NCBI GenBank assembly: GCA_963771465.1
Contig: CAVYTU010000015.1
Location: forward strand, 896,001-960,000
Source of the DNA: an uncultured delta proteobacterium
GTDB taxonomy: Bacteria > Desulfobacterota > Binatia > UBA9968
DNA length: 64,000 nucleotides
Direction: 5' to 3'
A program made the translations under genes and the position numbers. Of this stretch, positions 29,125-38,891 are shown one piece after another (position 1 is the first letter of the stretch; the number at the start of each line of letters is the position of its first letter). A model generated the notes under the pieces. It made no database searches. It was not told the DNA's origin and was given only the letters and a program-made list of their open reading frames with translations.

Positions 29125-30150
29125 TCACGCCGCAGATGTCAATTTGTAAAACCGCGCCACGTTGTCGTGCAGCATCTTCTGCTTGATGTCGTCGGAAATA
29201 TCTTTGCGCGCGCGAATGCCCTTGACCGTGTGCGGCCAGTCGCCGTCCCAGTGCGGATAGTCGGAGGAATAGAGAATCGTATCTTCCAAACCCCAGCGCA
29301 TGGCGTCGGGGATGGTCTTCTCTTCGCACTCGACGCCGAAATATATGCGTCCGCTCTTCACGTACTCGCTCGGCAACTTGGTCAAATACGGCGCTTCGAC
29401 GGCGCCGCGCTTCTCCACTTCCTCGTCGAGCCGGTCCATCATGTACGGAACCCAACCGATGCCGGATTCGAGATAGCCGATGCTCAACTTGGGAAAGCGC
29501 TCGAACACGCCGCCGACAATCGTCGCGATCAGCGCCATCATCTGTTCGGCCGGATGATCGATGGTGTGAGCCGACAGAAACTTGCGAAAGCGCTGGCCGC
29601 CGAGGGAATCCGCCGACGTGCCGGTGTGAAAGCCGATGCCGACGCCAAGCTGTTCCGCCGCGGCATAAATCGGATCGTAGAAGCCATCGCCGAAGTCGGG
29701 CATCTGCGGCAGGTAAGTCGGCAGCACGCCGGCCAGCGCGCCGCGTTCCTTTACTGCGCGCGTAAGCTCGTCCGCTGCCGCGCTTGGGTCCTGCGGCGCG
29801 AGTAGCGCGACGAACTTTAACCGACTCGAATCTTTCTTGCAGAAGTGAAACAGCCAGTCGTTATAAGCACGCGTGATCCCGGTCGCGTAATCCTTTTCGT
29901 GTAGCGCGCTCACGTGCAAGCCAGCCGTTGGATAAAGCACCATGACGTCGATGCCGTCCTCGTCCATGGCGTTAAGCTGGTCCTGTGGCCCTTCAGGCTT
30001 TTGCCCCAACTTGCCGTGCAGATCGCGGTCCCACTCGTCGTTGGGAAATAAATTGCGCCGCTGCCAGCGCGGCTCCAAAAACTCGCGCAAGCCGGCGCTG
30101 GATTCGCGCACGTGCCCATCAGCATCGATCACAGTATAGTTAGCCGCCAT
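29125..30150 (-). CDS. Amidohydrolase_2 family protein
   Basis: IDADGH, VLYPT, YNDWL, GVFERFPKL, YLESG.GW, SSDYPHWD motifs. Confidence 0.92.
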   Translation of the reverse strand: MAANYTVIDADGHVRESSAGLREFLEPRWQRRNLFPNDEWDRDLHGKLGQKPEGPQDQLNAMDEDGIDVMVLYPTAGLHVSALHEKDYATGITRAYNDWLFHFCKKDSSRLKFVALLAPQDPSAAADELTRAVKERGALAGVLPTYLPQMPDFGDGFYDPIYAAAEQLGVGIGFHTGTSADSLGGQRFRKFLSAHTIDHPAEQMMALIATIVGGVFERFPKLSIGYLESGIGWVPYMMDRLDEEVEKRGAVEAPYLTKLPSEYVKSGRIYFGVECEEKTIPDAMRWGLEDTILYSSDYPHWDGDWPHTVKGIRARKDISDDIKQKMLHDNVARFYKLTSAA

Positions 30151-30233
30151 GACGACCTCCTTCTTGGCTGGTAAGGCGTAAACAGTCAGGTGTGAGCGAG
30201 CCCCACCCAGACCAAACCCCTCATCCTTACCCC

Positions 30234-31088
30234 TCACCGATCCTTCAAATAATTCTGCCATACATGCTGCGGCTTAAATCCCAACATGCGCCGCGCTTTG
30301 GCCGAGTCAACGCAGCTCCAATGGCTGCCGGAAACTTTTTTGATTTTTGCCCCGCGCGGCAGATATTCTTTCACTAAAGACAACGTCGGTTGAATCATGC
30401 AATTGAGCGGCGCCGAGGCGATAAAAACTTCGTGCCCGGTGAACTTCGCGTCCAGCGCCAGCCGGCAAGTTGTCGCCGCGTCGCGCGCGTCGATATAAGT
30501 CCAAAAACCGTTCGCGCGTGTCTGCGGATTGCGCCAGCGCTCGCGAAAGCTCTCATAGGACAGATCGAAGTTCACCCCGGGAAAGCGCAAGCTGCTCACC
30601 GTCATTTGCTTATGCACCGATACGATCGAGTCGGCGATCTGCTCGCCGAGAACCTTGGACAGCCCGTAAGAATCCTGCGGCTTCGAGTGATGTTCTTCGT
30701 TCAAAGGCAAATAGTCCGGCGCCCACAGCCTGTGCGCGTAGATGAACCCGAAGGCCGCCGTGCTCGATGCCATGACGACCTTTTTTACACCCATGTCCGC
30801 CGCAGCACGCAACACGTTGTAACTCGCCGACACATTGTTGCTCAGCGTCTCAGCATCCGGCGCCAGATTAGGCGCTTGATACGCGCCGAGATGAATAATG
30901 CCGTAAGCATCGCGCAGCGCCTCGAATAGATCGCCGGAATGACGCAGATCGACCAGCCAGCTCATGCATAACTTTTCCCGCGGCGCGACGCGATCGAGAC
31001 TGAGCACCTGATAGCGATGTGCCAGGAGTTCACGAATCACAAACTGCCCCAAGCGCCCACTGCCGCCGGTGACAACGATTTTTTTCAT
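30234..31088 (-). CDS. NAD-dependent epimerase/dehydratase (extended SDR)
   Basis: VVTGGSGRLG and YGLSK motifs. Confidence 0.92.
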   Translation of the reverse strand: MKKIVVTGGSGRLGQFVIRELLAHRYQVLSLDRVAPREKLCMSWLVDLRHSGDLFEALRDAYGIIHLGAYQAPNLAPDAETLSNNVSASYNVLRAAADMGVKKVVMASSTAAFGFIYAHRLWAPDYLPLNEEHHSKPQDSYGLSKVLGEQIADSIVSVHKQMTVSSLRFPGVNFDLSYESFRERWRNPQTRANGFWTYIDARDAATTCRLALDAKFTGHEVFIASAPLNCMIQPTLSLVKEYLPRGAKIKKVSGSHWSCVDSAKARRMLGFKPQHVWQNYLKDR

Positions 31089-31137
31089 CCGTGGAGAATC
31101 TCCGGTGGTAATTTCATGCCTCAGGGTGCTTGCGTCT

Positions 31138-31196
31138 TCGAGTCAGGAGTAAAGTAAATACTAATGACTCAGAGGACTTCTGACTTCGGACTCCAA
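31138..31196. repeat. Heptamer-periodic inverted element
   Basis: gagtcaggagt ... gactcag ag gacttct gacttcg gactcca. Confidence 0.5.
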
Positions 31197-31201
31197 ACGA
31201 G

Positions 31202-32245
31202 CTACCGCTTCGGTATTAGAATATCTTTCAACTTCGCGATCAGGGTCGGATTCAACTCATACAAACCGGCGAACGTCTTTGCCGTCGTCGCACCATCGAT
31301 GGGCGCCACTTCCAACTGGGACTTATCCGCCTCGGCGTTCAGTTCGCGATCTTTGAAGGTTCTCACGAACGCTTGTTGTAAAATCTGCAAGCGGTCCGGC
31401 GGCGTGCCTGGCGCTACGGAGAAGGGGAATTGATAGACGTGCACGTTGTCGGCCACTCGCAGCAGCGTTTTGGCTTCTTCAGACTTGGCGTAATTGATCG
31501 CCAGCGGGACTTTTTTCAATTCGGGATGCGACTTGAACGTCGCCTGCAAGACAACGTTGATTTTCCCAGCGTCCATCTGACTGCGCCAAGTTACTTTGGT
31601 CGCCTGCCACGAGGCGCACAAACCGTCGACTTCGCCGCTCTCGACGGCGATGCGCGCTTCGGCGCCGCCCTTGTAGCCCTCGACCATTTCCAGCGGCAAA
31701 TTGAGCGCGGCTTTCAAAAGTTTCGGCACATCCGATAGGCTGGTGCCCGGACCGATGGAAGCGATTTTCATCGGCCGTTTGGCATTGATCCAATCGTCCA
31801 TGGATTTGATGCCGCTCTGACTGTTGAAATGACAGGCGGTATCGTAAGGACCGGGAATGCCGAGCCAGCCGACTTTGCGGCCGTCGAATTTGATCGCGTC
31901 GTTGCCCATGATGTGTTGAAGAATCAGCGGCGACGCCCAGGCGGCGATGGTCAGTCCATCGGGTTTGACGCGATTGTAAAGATGATTCGCGGCGATAATG
32001 CCGCCCGCGCCGGTCATGTTCTCGACAATGCGCGTCGGATTGCCAGGTAGATATTTACTAATGTGGCGCGCCAGCAGCCGAGTGTACTGATCGTAAGTCC
32101 CGCCCGGCGAGTAGCCGACGATAAAAGTCAGCGTCTTATCTTTAAAGGCATCCTGCGCAAACGCTGACGGCGCGAAACTGCCGGCAACCAATACAATGAT
32201 TACGAGGAGAAAACCTCGAGTTTTACCAACCATGTTGTCCCCCAT
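31202..32245 (-). CDS. Bug/TctC substrate-binding protein
   Basis: IVGYSPGGTYD, VENMTGAGG, KPDGLT, GYKGG, APGTP motifs. Confidence 0.92.
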   Translation of the reverse strand: MGDNMVGKTRGFLLVIIVLVAGSFAPSAFAQDAFKDKTLTFIVGYSPGGTYDQYTRLLARHISKYLPGNPTRIVENMTGAGGIIAANHLYNRVKPDGLTIAAWASPLILQHIMGNDAIKFDGRKVGWLGIPGPYDTACHFNSQSGIKSMDDWINAKRPMKIASIGPGTSLSDVPKLLKAALNLPLEMVEGYKGGAEARIAVESGEVDGLCASWQATKVTWRSQMDAGKINVVLQATFKSHPELKKVPLAINYAKSEEAKTLLRVADNVHVYQFPFSVAPGTPPDRLQILQQAFVRTFKDRELNAEADKSQLEVAPIDGATTAKTFAGLYELNPTLIAKLKDILIPKR

Positions 32246-32326
32246 AAATTCACTCGGAAGCTACTACAACTCTCCCCTTTCCATCGATATCACTCAAGCC
32301 ATACCTCGTACGGTGCGAATTTTTGG

Positions 32327-32354
32327 AATCTGAAATTGGCAATTTGAAATGCGC
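32327..32354. repeat. Heptamer-periodic tract
   Basis: aatctga aattggc aatttga aatgcgc. Confidence 0.55.
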
Positions 32355-32367
32355 GGCGCTAGCGGCG

Positions 32368-33399
32368 CTACTTGAGCGCATCGCGCAATTTCCCGATCAG
32401 CACCGGCGACAACTTGAACATTCCCGCGACCATTTTCTGCACTTCTTCACCGGCGATCGGCTCAAGATCGATCTTCGATTTTTTCGCATCAGCGACGAAC
32501 TCGGGATCTTTCATCGTCGCGTTAAACGCGTTGCGCAAAATCTGCACGCGCTCCTTCGGTGTCCCCGGTGGAACAACGTAGGGGCGATTGGTGATCGCCG
32601 GGATCGTCACGCCGTATTCGATCAGTTGGCGCGCGTCTTCCGTCTTCGCATAGCTGATCGCCAGCGGTACTTTCGGCAAATCCGGGTGAGGTTTTGAAAC
32701 CATTTGCACCACCATGACCGCCTCGCCGCTCTCGAGTGCGCGCGGCCAGGTTGCCTTGATCGAGTCCCAGCCCCAGCAGCCGCCGGCCAACTCGCCCGAC
32801 TCGGCGCCGAGACGAATGTCCGCCGTGCCTTTGTAACCCGAGACTAAATGGATCGGCAGTCCCAGCGCCGCTTGAAGTATCTTCGGCCCGTCGTGCACTA
32901 AGTCGCCGGGCGCGGTGGCGCCGACTTTCACCGGCGTTTTGGCTGCCATCCAGCGTTCCATGCTGGTAATGCCGCTCGCTTTGGTGAACACGCAGGCGCG
33001 ATTGTCCTGCACCGGGACGCCGAGGAACTCAAACTTGCGCGCGTCAAACTCGATGCCGACGCCGCCTTTAAGCTGTTGCATGAACAGGCCGCCGCCGAAA
33101 TTGCCAATCGTCAGCCCATCCGGACGCGCCACCTTGTAAACGTGGTTGGCGGCAATCAAGCTTCCCGCCCCGCCCATGTTTTCCACGATGATCGCCGGGT
33201 TGCCGGGAATGTGCCGGCCCCAATAACGCGCGATGGCGCGCGAATAAGTATCAAACCCACCGCCGGCGGCAAAACCGACGACGATGCGCACCGCCTTGCC
33301 ACGGAAAAAAGGCTCCTGCGCCAAAGCCGAAAGAGGCAACAGCCAAACAACTGCACCAAGGAACAAAATTATCCTTCCAGACAAATTGCTCTGCATCAT
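32368..33399 (-). CDS. Bug/TctC substrate-binding protein
   Basis: FFRGKAVRIVVGFAAGGGFD, VENMGGAG, RPDGLT, GYKG, PPGTP; close paralog of 26772..27797. Confidence 0.92.
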   Translation of the reverse strand: MMQSNLSGRIILFLGAVVWLLPLSALAQEPFFRGKAVRIVVGFAAGGGFDTYSRAIARYWGRHIPGNPAIIVENMGGAGSLIAANHVYKVARPDGLTIGNFGGGLFMQQLKGGVGIEFDARKFEFLGVPVQDNRACVFTKASGITSMERWMAAKTPVKVGATAPGDLVHDGPKILQAALGLPIHLVSGYKGTADIRLGAESGELAGGCWGWDSIKATWPRALESGEAVMVVQMVSKPHPDLPKVPLAISYAKTEDARQLIEYGVTIPAITNRPYVVPPGTPKERVQILRNAFNATMKDPEFVADAKKSKIDLEPIAGEEVQKMVAGMFKLSPVLIGKLRDALK

Positions 33400-33726
33400 G
33401 AAAATCCTCCGCCGCGAAAAATTAGCCGAGCAACCGTAAAGCTACGCGTGCATAGCTTTTTTCGCGGTCCAATATTTCCGGTGATTGCCGCATCGCGTTG
33501 CAGCCTAGTCAGCTTGCGCAACTACGTCAAGGCATTAGAAGCAGCAGGACCGTGATGGTGGATATCTAAATTGCTGATCACGGCTCTGGTGAATCGAGAC
33601 AGGGTCGTGATACAAGGCGGGCAAGTGCTTAAACGATTTTCTGGGCATGAAAGAGTTCTGTCAAACAAAAATTCTTTACAGTAACGCCAAACGGCTTTTT
33701 AACTTGTAGATGAGAAAGAAAGTTGT

Positions 33727-33796
33727 CACCGCAAAGGACGCGAAGTTAGAACGTTTGATATTCCCAAACCTTCTTGCCTTTGTGCCTTTCGTGGTG
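33727..33796. repeat. Palindromic element with ~9-nt periodic arms
   Basis: caccgcaaaggacgcgaag ... cttcttgcctttgtgcctttcgtggtg. Confidence 0.6.
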
Positions 33797-33847
33797 GAAA
33801 AATGATCGATGCAAACCGGTAATCAACAACCCACAAGGAGAAAAAAC

Positions 33848-34693
33848 ATGAGCCCGACAAATTCCACAATCAATGATCCGATGATTCCCGTGCCGATCCC
33901 GGAACAGGTTCCGGCCAAAGAAGGACTCGCTGAACTTCCAGGCACTCGGCTTTGGTATTGGGATACCGGCGGCGATGGCGCGCCGGTGGTATTTCTCCAT
34001 CCAGCGACGGGCAGCGCGCTCATCTGGTTGTACCAGCAGCCGGTCTTCGCCAAAGCCGGCTATCGCGTCATCGCCTACTCGCGCCGCAATCATTACGGCT
34101 CCGATATGGCGACCGAAGCGAATCCCGGCATCGGCTCGGAAGATTTGCACAATCTAATGGATTTTCTCGGTGTGAAAAAATTTCATGCGGTGGCCTCAGC
34201 AGCCGGCGGCAGCGTCGCCACGGACTATGCTTTCGCGCACCCGGAACGGCTGTTCAGTCTGACGGTGTGCAGCAACAATCTCTCCGCCAAAGACGGCTAC
34301 ATCGCCGATATCGCCGCCAAGATCAGGCCGAAAGAAGAGGAAGATTTGCCGCGCTGGTTTTGGGAGTTGAGCCCGTCTTATCGCGCGGCCAATCCCGAAG
34401 GCACAGAGATATGGAGCGAGCTCAATCGCAAATCCATCCCCAAAAGAGGGCCACGGCAAAAATCCGCCAACGTGGTCACGCCGGCCAAGTTGGAAACTCT
34501 AAAAGTGCCGACTTTGCTGATGTCCGGCCCCGCCGATCATTCGACACCGCCATCGATCACGCGCATGCTCGCGCGCCACATTCCCGATAACGAAGTTGTC
34601 ATCATTGAAGAAGCCGGCCACTCTTCATATTGGGAGCGTCCCGAGGCTTTTAACCGCGCCGTGCTCGACTTCATCGGGCGACATACAAAATAG
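33848..34693 (+). CDS. Alpha/beta fold hydrolase with a non-canonical nucleophile elbow
   Basis: LWYWDTGG.G.PVVFLH, GYRVIAY.RR, AVASAAGG, PTLLMSGPAD, AGHSSYWERPE; AGGAG RBS. Confidence 0.88.
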   Translation: MSPTNSTINDPMIPVPIPEQVPAKEGLAELPGTRLWYWDTGGDGAPVVFLHPATGSALIWLYQQPVFAKAGYRVIAYSRRNHYGSDMATEANPGIGSEDLHNLMDFLGVKKFHAVASAAGGSVATDYAFAHPERLFSLTVCSNNLSAKDGYIADIAAKIRPKEEEDLPRWFWELSPSYRAANPEGTEIWSELNRKSIPKRGPRQKSANVVTPAKLETLKVPTLLMSGPADHSTPPSITRMLARHIPDNEVVIIEEAGHSSYWERPEAFNRAVLDFIGRHTK

Positions 34694-34735
34694 CCCCAGG
34701 TCATGCGCCTCAGAAGAACGAATACTAAGAAGCTC

Positions 34736-35857
34736 ATGAGGATTTACGCTGGCGTAATATCGATCTGGGCATTTCTCCTCTGGCTTAACTTAGCTTCCGT
34801 ACAAGCCGGCGAAGCCAAACCGGCGCGGCAGAGCGAGTGGGACGATACTGTCGAGGCAGCCCAAAAAGAAGGGCAGATCGCGATCTACCACACCCGCGGC
34901 CCTTTCGATAAGGTCTTCGCCGATTTCAATAAGCGATATCCCGCAGTCAAGGTTGTGTCGGTCACAGGACGAGGCGGCGATCTGATCGCTAGGATAATGA
35001 GCGAGAGGCGAGCGGGAAAATTCCTCGTGGACATGTATCTGGGTTCGACAGGTACGCCTCAAGACGTTCTATACCCGGCGAAAGCTCTCGATGCTGTCCC
35101 GCCTCTTTTGATTTTATCTGAGGTCAGAGAGCAGTCGAGCTGGTTCGGCAAACGCCATCACTACGGTGATCCCGAGGGAAAATACATCTTCGTTTTCGAA
35201 GGCGTGGTCCGTTCGGATATGGCGCACAACACTACGCTCGTGGACGACAGAGAGTTCACTTCCTATTGGGATCTGGTTAAGCCCAAGTGGAAGGGAAAGA
35301 TCGCCGCGATGGATCCCAAGCTGCCTGGTTTTCCAGTGGGACTTCTTCAGTTCGCGTACTACCATCCGGATCTCGGCGCCAAATTCATAAAACAACTCTT
35401 TGGCGAGATGGACATCACCTTATCGCGCGATAGCCGCCAGCTCGTGGACTGGCTCGCCGTCGGCAAATTCGCCATCGCCATCGCACCCTCCGCCAGCGAT
35501 GTTCAAGCCGGCATGAAGCCGGGCCTGCCTTTGGCTCGTTTCGAGCCGCGCTCGTTCAAGGAAGGCATCTACATGCGCGCCACTCAGGGGTCGCTCAGCG
35601 TCTTGAACCGCCGGCCCCATCCCCAGGCGACGAAATTATTCGTAAACTGGCTTTTGTCTCGCGAAGGCCAGACTCATTATCAAAATCATTTCACGCGCAT
35701 CGATCCCGTTTTTAGTCTGCGGGACGATATTCCGGTAGATCCCGCCGTCGAGCCGTACCGCCCCAAGCCAGGCGACAGATTCATGTCCGTCTATGGTTCG
35801 GAATTCAGAGATCTCCAAGGCGCGTATAAAATAATTGACGAAGTGCTGAAACGATAG
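34736..35857 (+). CDS. ABC substrate-binding protein (Fe3+/thiamine/polyamine-type)
   Basis: W..TVEAAQKEG, ERRAGK..VD, SYWDLVKPKWKGKI, PHPQATKLFVNWLLSREGQ motifs. Confidence 0.9.
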   Translation: MRIYAGVISIWAFLLWLNLASVQAGEAKPARQSEWDDTVEAAQKEGQIAIYHTRGPFDKVFADFNKRYPAVKVVSVTGRGGDLIARIMSERRAGKFLVDMYLGSTGTPQDVLYPAKALDAVPPLLILSEVREQSSWFGKRHHYGDPEGKYIFVFEGVVRSDMAHNTTLVDDREFTSYWDLVKPKWKGKIAAMDPKLPGFPVGLLQFAYYHPDLGAKFIKQLFGEMDITLSRDSRQLVDWLAVGKFAIAIAPSASDVQAGMKPGLPLARFEPRSFKEGIYMRATQGSLSVLNRRPHPQATKLFVNWLLSREGQTHYQNHFTRIDPVFSLRDDIPVDPAVEPYRPKPGDRFMSVYGSEFRDLQGAYKIIDEVLKR

Positions 35858-35960
35858 CCGTCCGAGAAAAAGCACGCGGCTAGGTCGGCGCAGGCAATGG
35901 GCTTCGACCGCGGCATCCAGGTTAAGGCAACGAGGATCGATATCGAAGCGGCTCCGACGA

Positions 35961-36899
35961 TCATCGTTTCTTAAAAAGTCTATCGATAAACCCTTCGCGC
36001 ACCAGTCGGTCGATGATGGAATTGTCGGCGACGCTCTCAACGGCGATCGGTTTCTTGCCCATGAAATCGACGATCGGCGCGATGGCTTCACCGAGCCGCG
36101 TATATTTTTGAATCACCCTCAACGCTCGATCTTTTTGCTCGTGCATCGTCGCCACGCCTTCAAGAGAGGCCCGCGCAAAGCCGTCCACCGCCTCCGGCGT
36201 GCGACGCTGGAAGTCCCGTGTCACCGCGATCACCACGTTGGAGTAAACGAAATCCAACTCGGATAAGTCCACGAGCATGCGCATCGGCGCGTCGACTCGC
36301 AGGGCCGAGATGACCGCGCCGGCGATCTGCTTGAGCTGAAACGCGGCAGCGATCTCCGTCGTGCCGCCGAACTGGCGCACGTTCACCGCGCCTTGGAGAC
36401 CCTTTTTGCGTAGCAGAATACGCGTCATGTTATCGGTCACCGAACCGAAGCGCGATATGCCGAGGGTCTTGCCGCGCAGCTCTTCGACGCTCGTGATCTC
36501 CGGCTGCACCCAGAGCCGATAATACGGACGATTGACTAAGCTCATGACCGCCACTAGAGGCGCGCCGGCCATTACCGCTGCGACAACCGCATTGGTTGCG
36601 GCAAATCCGCCTTGCAAGTCGCCGCCGATCAGCGCCTGGACGACCACCGGTCCGGAAGAAATAAAAATGAGCTCGGTTTGCAGTCCATATTTTTCAAAAG
36701 CGCCAACCTCCTTCGCCATCCACAATCCCGTGCCCGCCGGGCCGACGGTCGAATAGCCCAGAGTAAGTTTTCTCGACTCGGCGGCATTGCCGACAGCGTA
36801 AAAAAATGCCGAAGCCAGCGTGCTCACCATTGCTCGCGCAAGGAATTTTCGCGTGCGGGTCATGAGATGCAAATACCTCGTTACGGATTGTTCCATCAA
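35961..36899 (-). CDS. ABC substrate-binding protein, NMT1/SsuA-like (possible in-frame deletion near the C-terminus)
   Basis: LWMAKE.G.FEKYGL, ELRGKTLGISRFGS motifs; start codon uncertain. Confidence 0.85.
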   Translation of the reverse strand: MMEQSVTRYLHLMTRTRKFLARAMVSTLASAFFYAVGNAAESRKLTLGYSTVGPAGTGLWMAKEVGAFEKYGLQTELIFISSGPVVVQALIGGDLQGGFAATNAVVAAVMAGAPLVAVMSLVNRPYYRLWVQPEITSVEELRGKTLGISRFGSVTDNMTRILLRKKGLQGAVNVRQFGGTTEIAAAFQLKQIAGAVISALRVDAPMRMLVDLSELDFVYSNVVIAVTRDFQRRTPEAVDGFARASLEGVATMHEQKDRALRVIQKYTRLGEAIAPIVDFMGKKPIAVESVADNSIIDRLVREGFIDRLFKKR

Positions 36900-36907
36900 C
36901 GCGACAC

Positions 36908-37489
36908 TTACCAGAAAAATAGTGACTCAACCAAGATCAACTCGCAGGCGCCGCCGCCGGCATCGCCGCGGGTCAGCGAACTTTTCCAGCGAAAGCCATC
37001 CTTACCGGTTGCCTCGACGAGATACCCCTTGAGATGGACCATGTTGCCAGCACGAATCGATTTGAGCTGGCGTTCGATTTCATCATTGGCGGGGATCATG
37101 TGCATGTTTGCGCTGTGGGTTTCGATTTCCGCCCTCGGCAATGGAAGTGTACTAACCCACCAGCTATAGAAGCGCCCGCCCTGAGAGATGCTGATCTGTT
37201 TTAGCACCGTACTATCGGACATCGCGCCCCAGCCGAGTACCAAATCCACCGGCGACAAAGGCGATCCGCGATCGAACCAATACCTCTCGGATGCAATTAC
37301 CCGCGCGCGAATATCGAATGATGCCAGTAGCGATAGACGGTAACCGCTTTTTTCGCGAATCGAGGTGGAATTAACTTCTCGCTGATAAGGCTCATCCGGG
37401 GCAAGGACTCCAGACGGACGAGAGATTTCCCGGCCGCTCCAATAATAGAGCGCCATGATCAGCGCAAGCATGATGCCGAACTGTTTCAC
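36908..37489 (-). CDS. Conserved-looking hypothetical protein with N-terminal membrane anchor
   Basis: GTG start, N-terminal hydrophobic helix, SPVDLVLGWG, HSANMHMIPA, GACE motifs. Confidence 0.7.
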   Translation of the reverse strand: MKQFGIMLALIMALYYWSGREISRPSGVLAPDEPYQREVNSTSIREKSGYRLSLLASFDIRARVIASERYWFDRGSPLSPVDLVLGWGAMSDSTVLKQISISQGGRFYSWWVSTLPLPRAEIETHSANMHMIPANDEIERQLKSIRAGNMVHLKGYLVEATGKDGFRWKSSLTRGDAGGGACELILVESLFFW

Positions 37490-37624
37490 ATGACACCGGC
37501 CGCCGTTGAGATTGTAACTGACCTCGGCTTTCCTGAGAAGAATTTGACCTTGCGCTCGGTGAACCACTTATGATCTGTTTTGAGCACGGGAGAGAGTCCG
37601 GTCGATTTTCATCAGGGAGGCACT

Positions 37625-38758
37625 ATGAAAAACCCGACATTGATTAGCGTCGCGTTTGTGATTCTCCAGCTACAACTTAGCCCGGCAGCAGAACTCTCAG
37701 CCGCTGAAAAAACCGCCTGGCAACTGGACTGGCAAAAAACCGTCCAGGCGGCCAAACAAGAAGCGCAGATCCTCATCTACGCGGCCATGGGTCCGTACCA
37801 CCCCCAAATCTTCACTGAGTTTCAAAAGGATTATCCGGAAATAAAAGCCACCGTTATCCACGGCAACAGCAGCCGGATATCACCGCGCCTGCTCGCTGAG
37901 CGCCGCGCCGGGAAATATCTCGCCGATGTTTATCTCGGCGGGCCCACTTCGCTTTACAGCTTTTACCAGAACAAGCTATTTGATCCGCTGTCACCGCTCC
38001 TCGTCTTACCGGAAGTTGTCGATACCTCGCTTTGGTGGGAAAGCAAACATTTGTATATCGACCCTGAACGCAAACATATCTTCGTCAACGAAGGCAGCGT
38101 CTCCGGCTTTACCATCACCTACAACTCGCAGCTCGCCAAAGCCGCCGAGTTCAAGTCCTACTGGGATATGTTGGCGCCCAAGTGGAAAGGCAAGATCGTC
38201 AGCCTCGACGCCCGCGATCCGGGCTTTGGCGCCAGCGAGCTGCGCTACGTTTATTATCATCCTGAGCTGGGTGGAGAATTCATCCGCCGGCTCTTTGGCG
38301 AGATGGACGTTACGCTTAGCCGGGAACACCAGCAGGCGATGGATTGGATCGGCATCGGCAAATTTGCGCTGTGCGCGTTTTGCCGCGACGGCTCGGCGAC
38401 CAAAGCCAAAGCGCAGGGACTGCCGGTGGACTACATCAACCACAACGACCTCAAGGAAATGCCGCGGCTGCGCGGCAGCGCCAGCGCGATTACGCTGGTC
38501 AACCGAGCGCCGCATCAAAACGCCGCCAAAGTATTTATCAACTGGTTTCTTTCCCGCCGCGGCCAGACCGTTTATCAAGAAAGCCACGGCGACCGTGATT
38601 CCCTGCGCACCGATATACCCAAAGACATTGTCCCCACCGCTCAGCGGCGCATCGCCGGCAGGAAATACTTTTTCGTCGAATTGCCGGAATATATGGAAGT
38701 GAAGCCGGCGGTGAAAATCATCGATGACGCGCTCGGTGGCAAAGCGCGGGGCCAATGA
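37625..38758 (+). CDS. ABC substrate-binding protein (Fe3+/thiamine-type)
   Basis: WQKTVQAAKQE, ERRAGKYLADV, PKWKGKI, APHQNAAKVFINWFLSRRGQ; GGAGG RBS. Confidence 0.9.
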   Translation: MKNPTLISVAFVILQLQLSPAAELSAAEKTAWQLDWQKTVQAAKQEAQILIYAAMGPYHPQIFTEFQKDYPEIKATVIHGNSSRISPRLLAERRAGKYLADVYLGGPTSLYSFYQNKLFDPLSPLLVLPEVVDTSLWWESKHLYIDPERKHIFVNEGSVSGFTITYNSQLAKAAEFKSYWDMLAPKWKGKIVSLDARDPGFGASELRYVYYHPELGGEFIRRLFGEMDVTLSREHQQAMDWIGIGKFALCAFCRDGSATKAKAQGLPVDYINHNDLKEMPRLRGSASAITLVNRAPHQNAAKVFINWFLSRRGQTVYQESHGDRDSLRTDIPKDIVPTAQRRIAGRKYFFVELPEYMEVKPAVKIIDDALGGKARGQ

Positions 38759-38773
38759 ACGATTTAAGCAGTC

Positions 38774-38849
38774 CTCGCCGCGGCGACGCTCAGAACGCGG
38801 AGAAATGAGACTGAAAAACCCCGGCGATCTCTTGTGCCTCTGCGGTGAG
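38774..38849. repeat. Palindromic element with ~9-nt periodic arms
   Basis: ctcgccgcggcgacgctcagaacgcggag ... ctcttgtgcctctgcggtgag, between convergent genes. Confidence 0.55.
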
Positions 38850-38891
38850 TTATCGGGTACGTGTTGCCGATGCGCCACCACACGCACCGGT

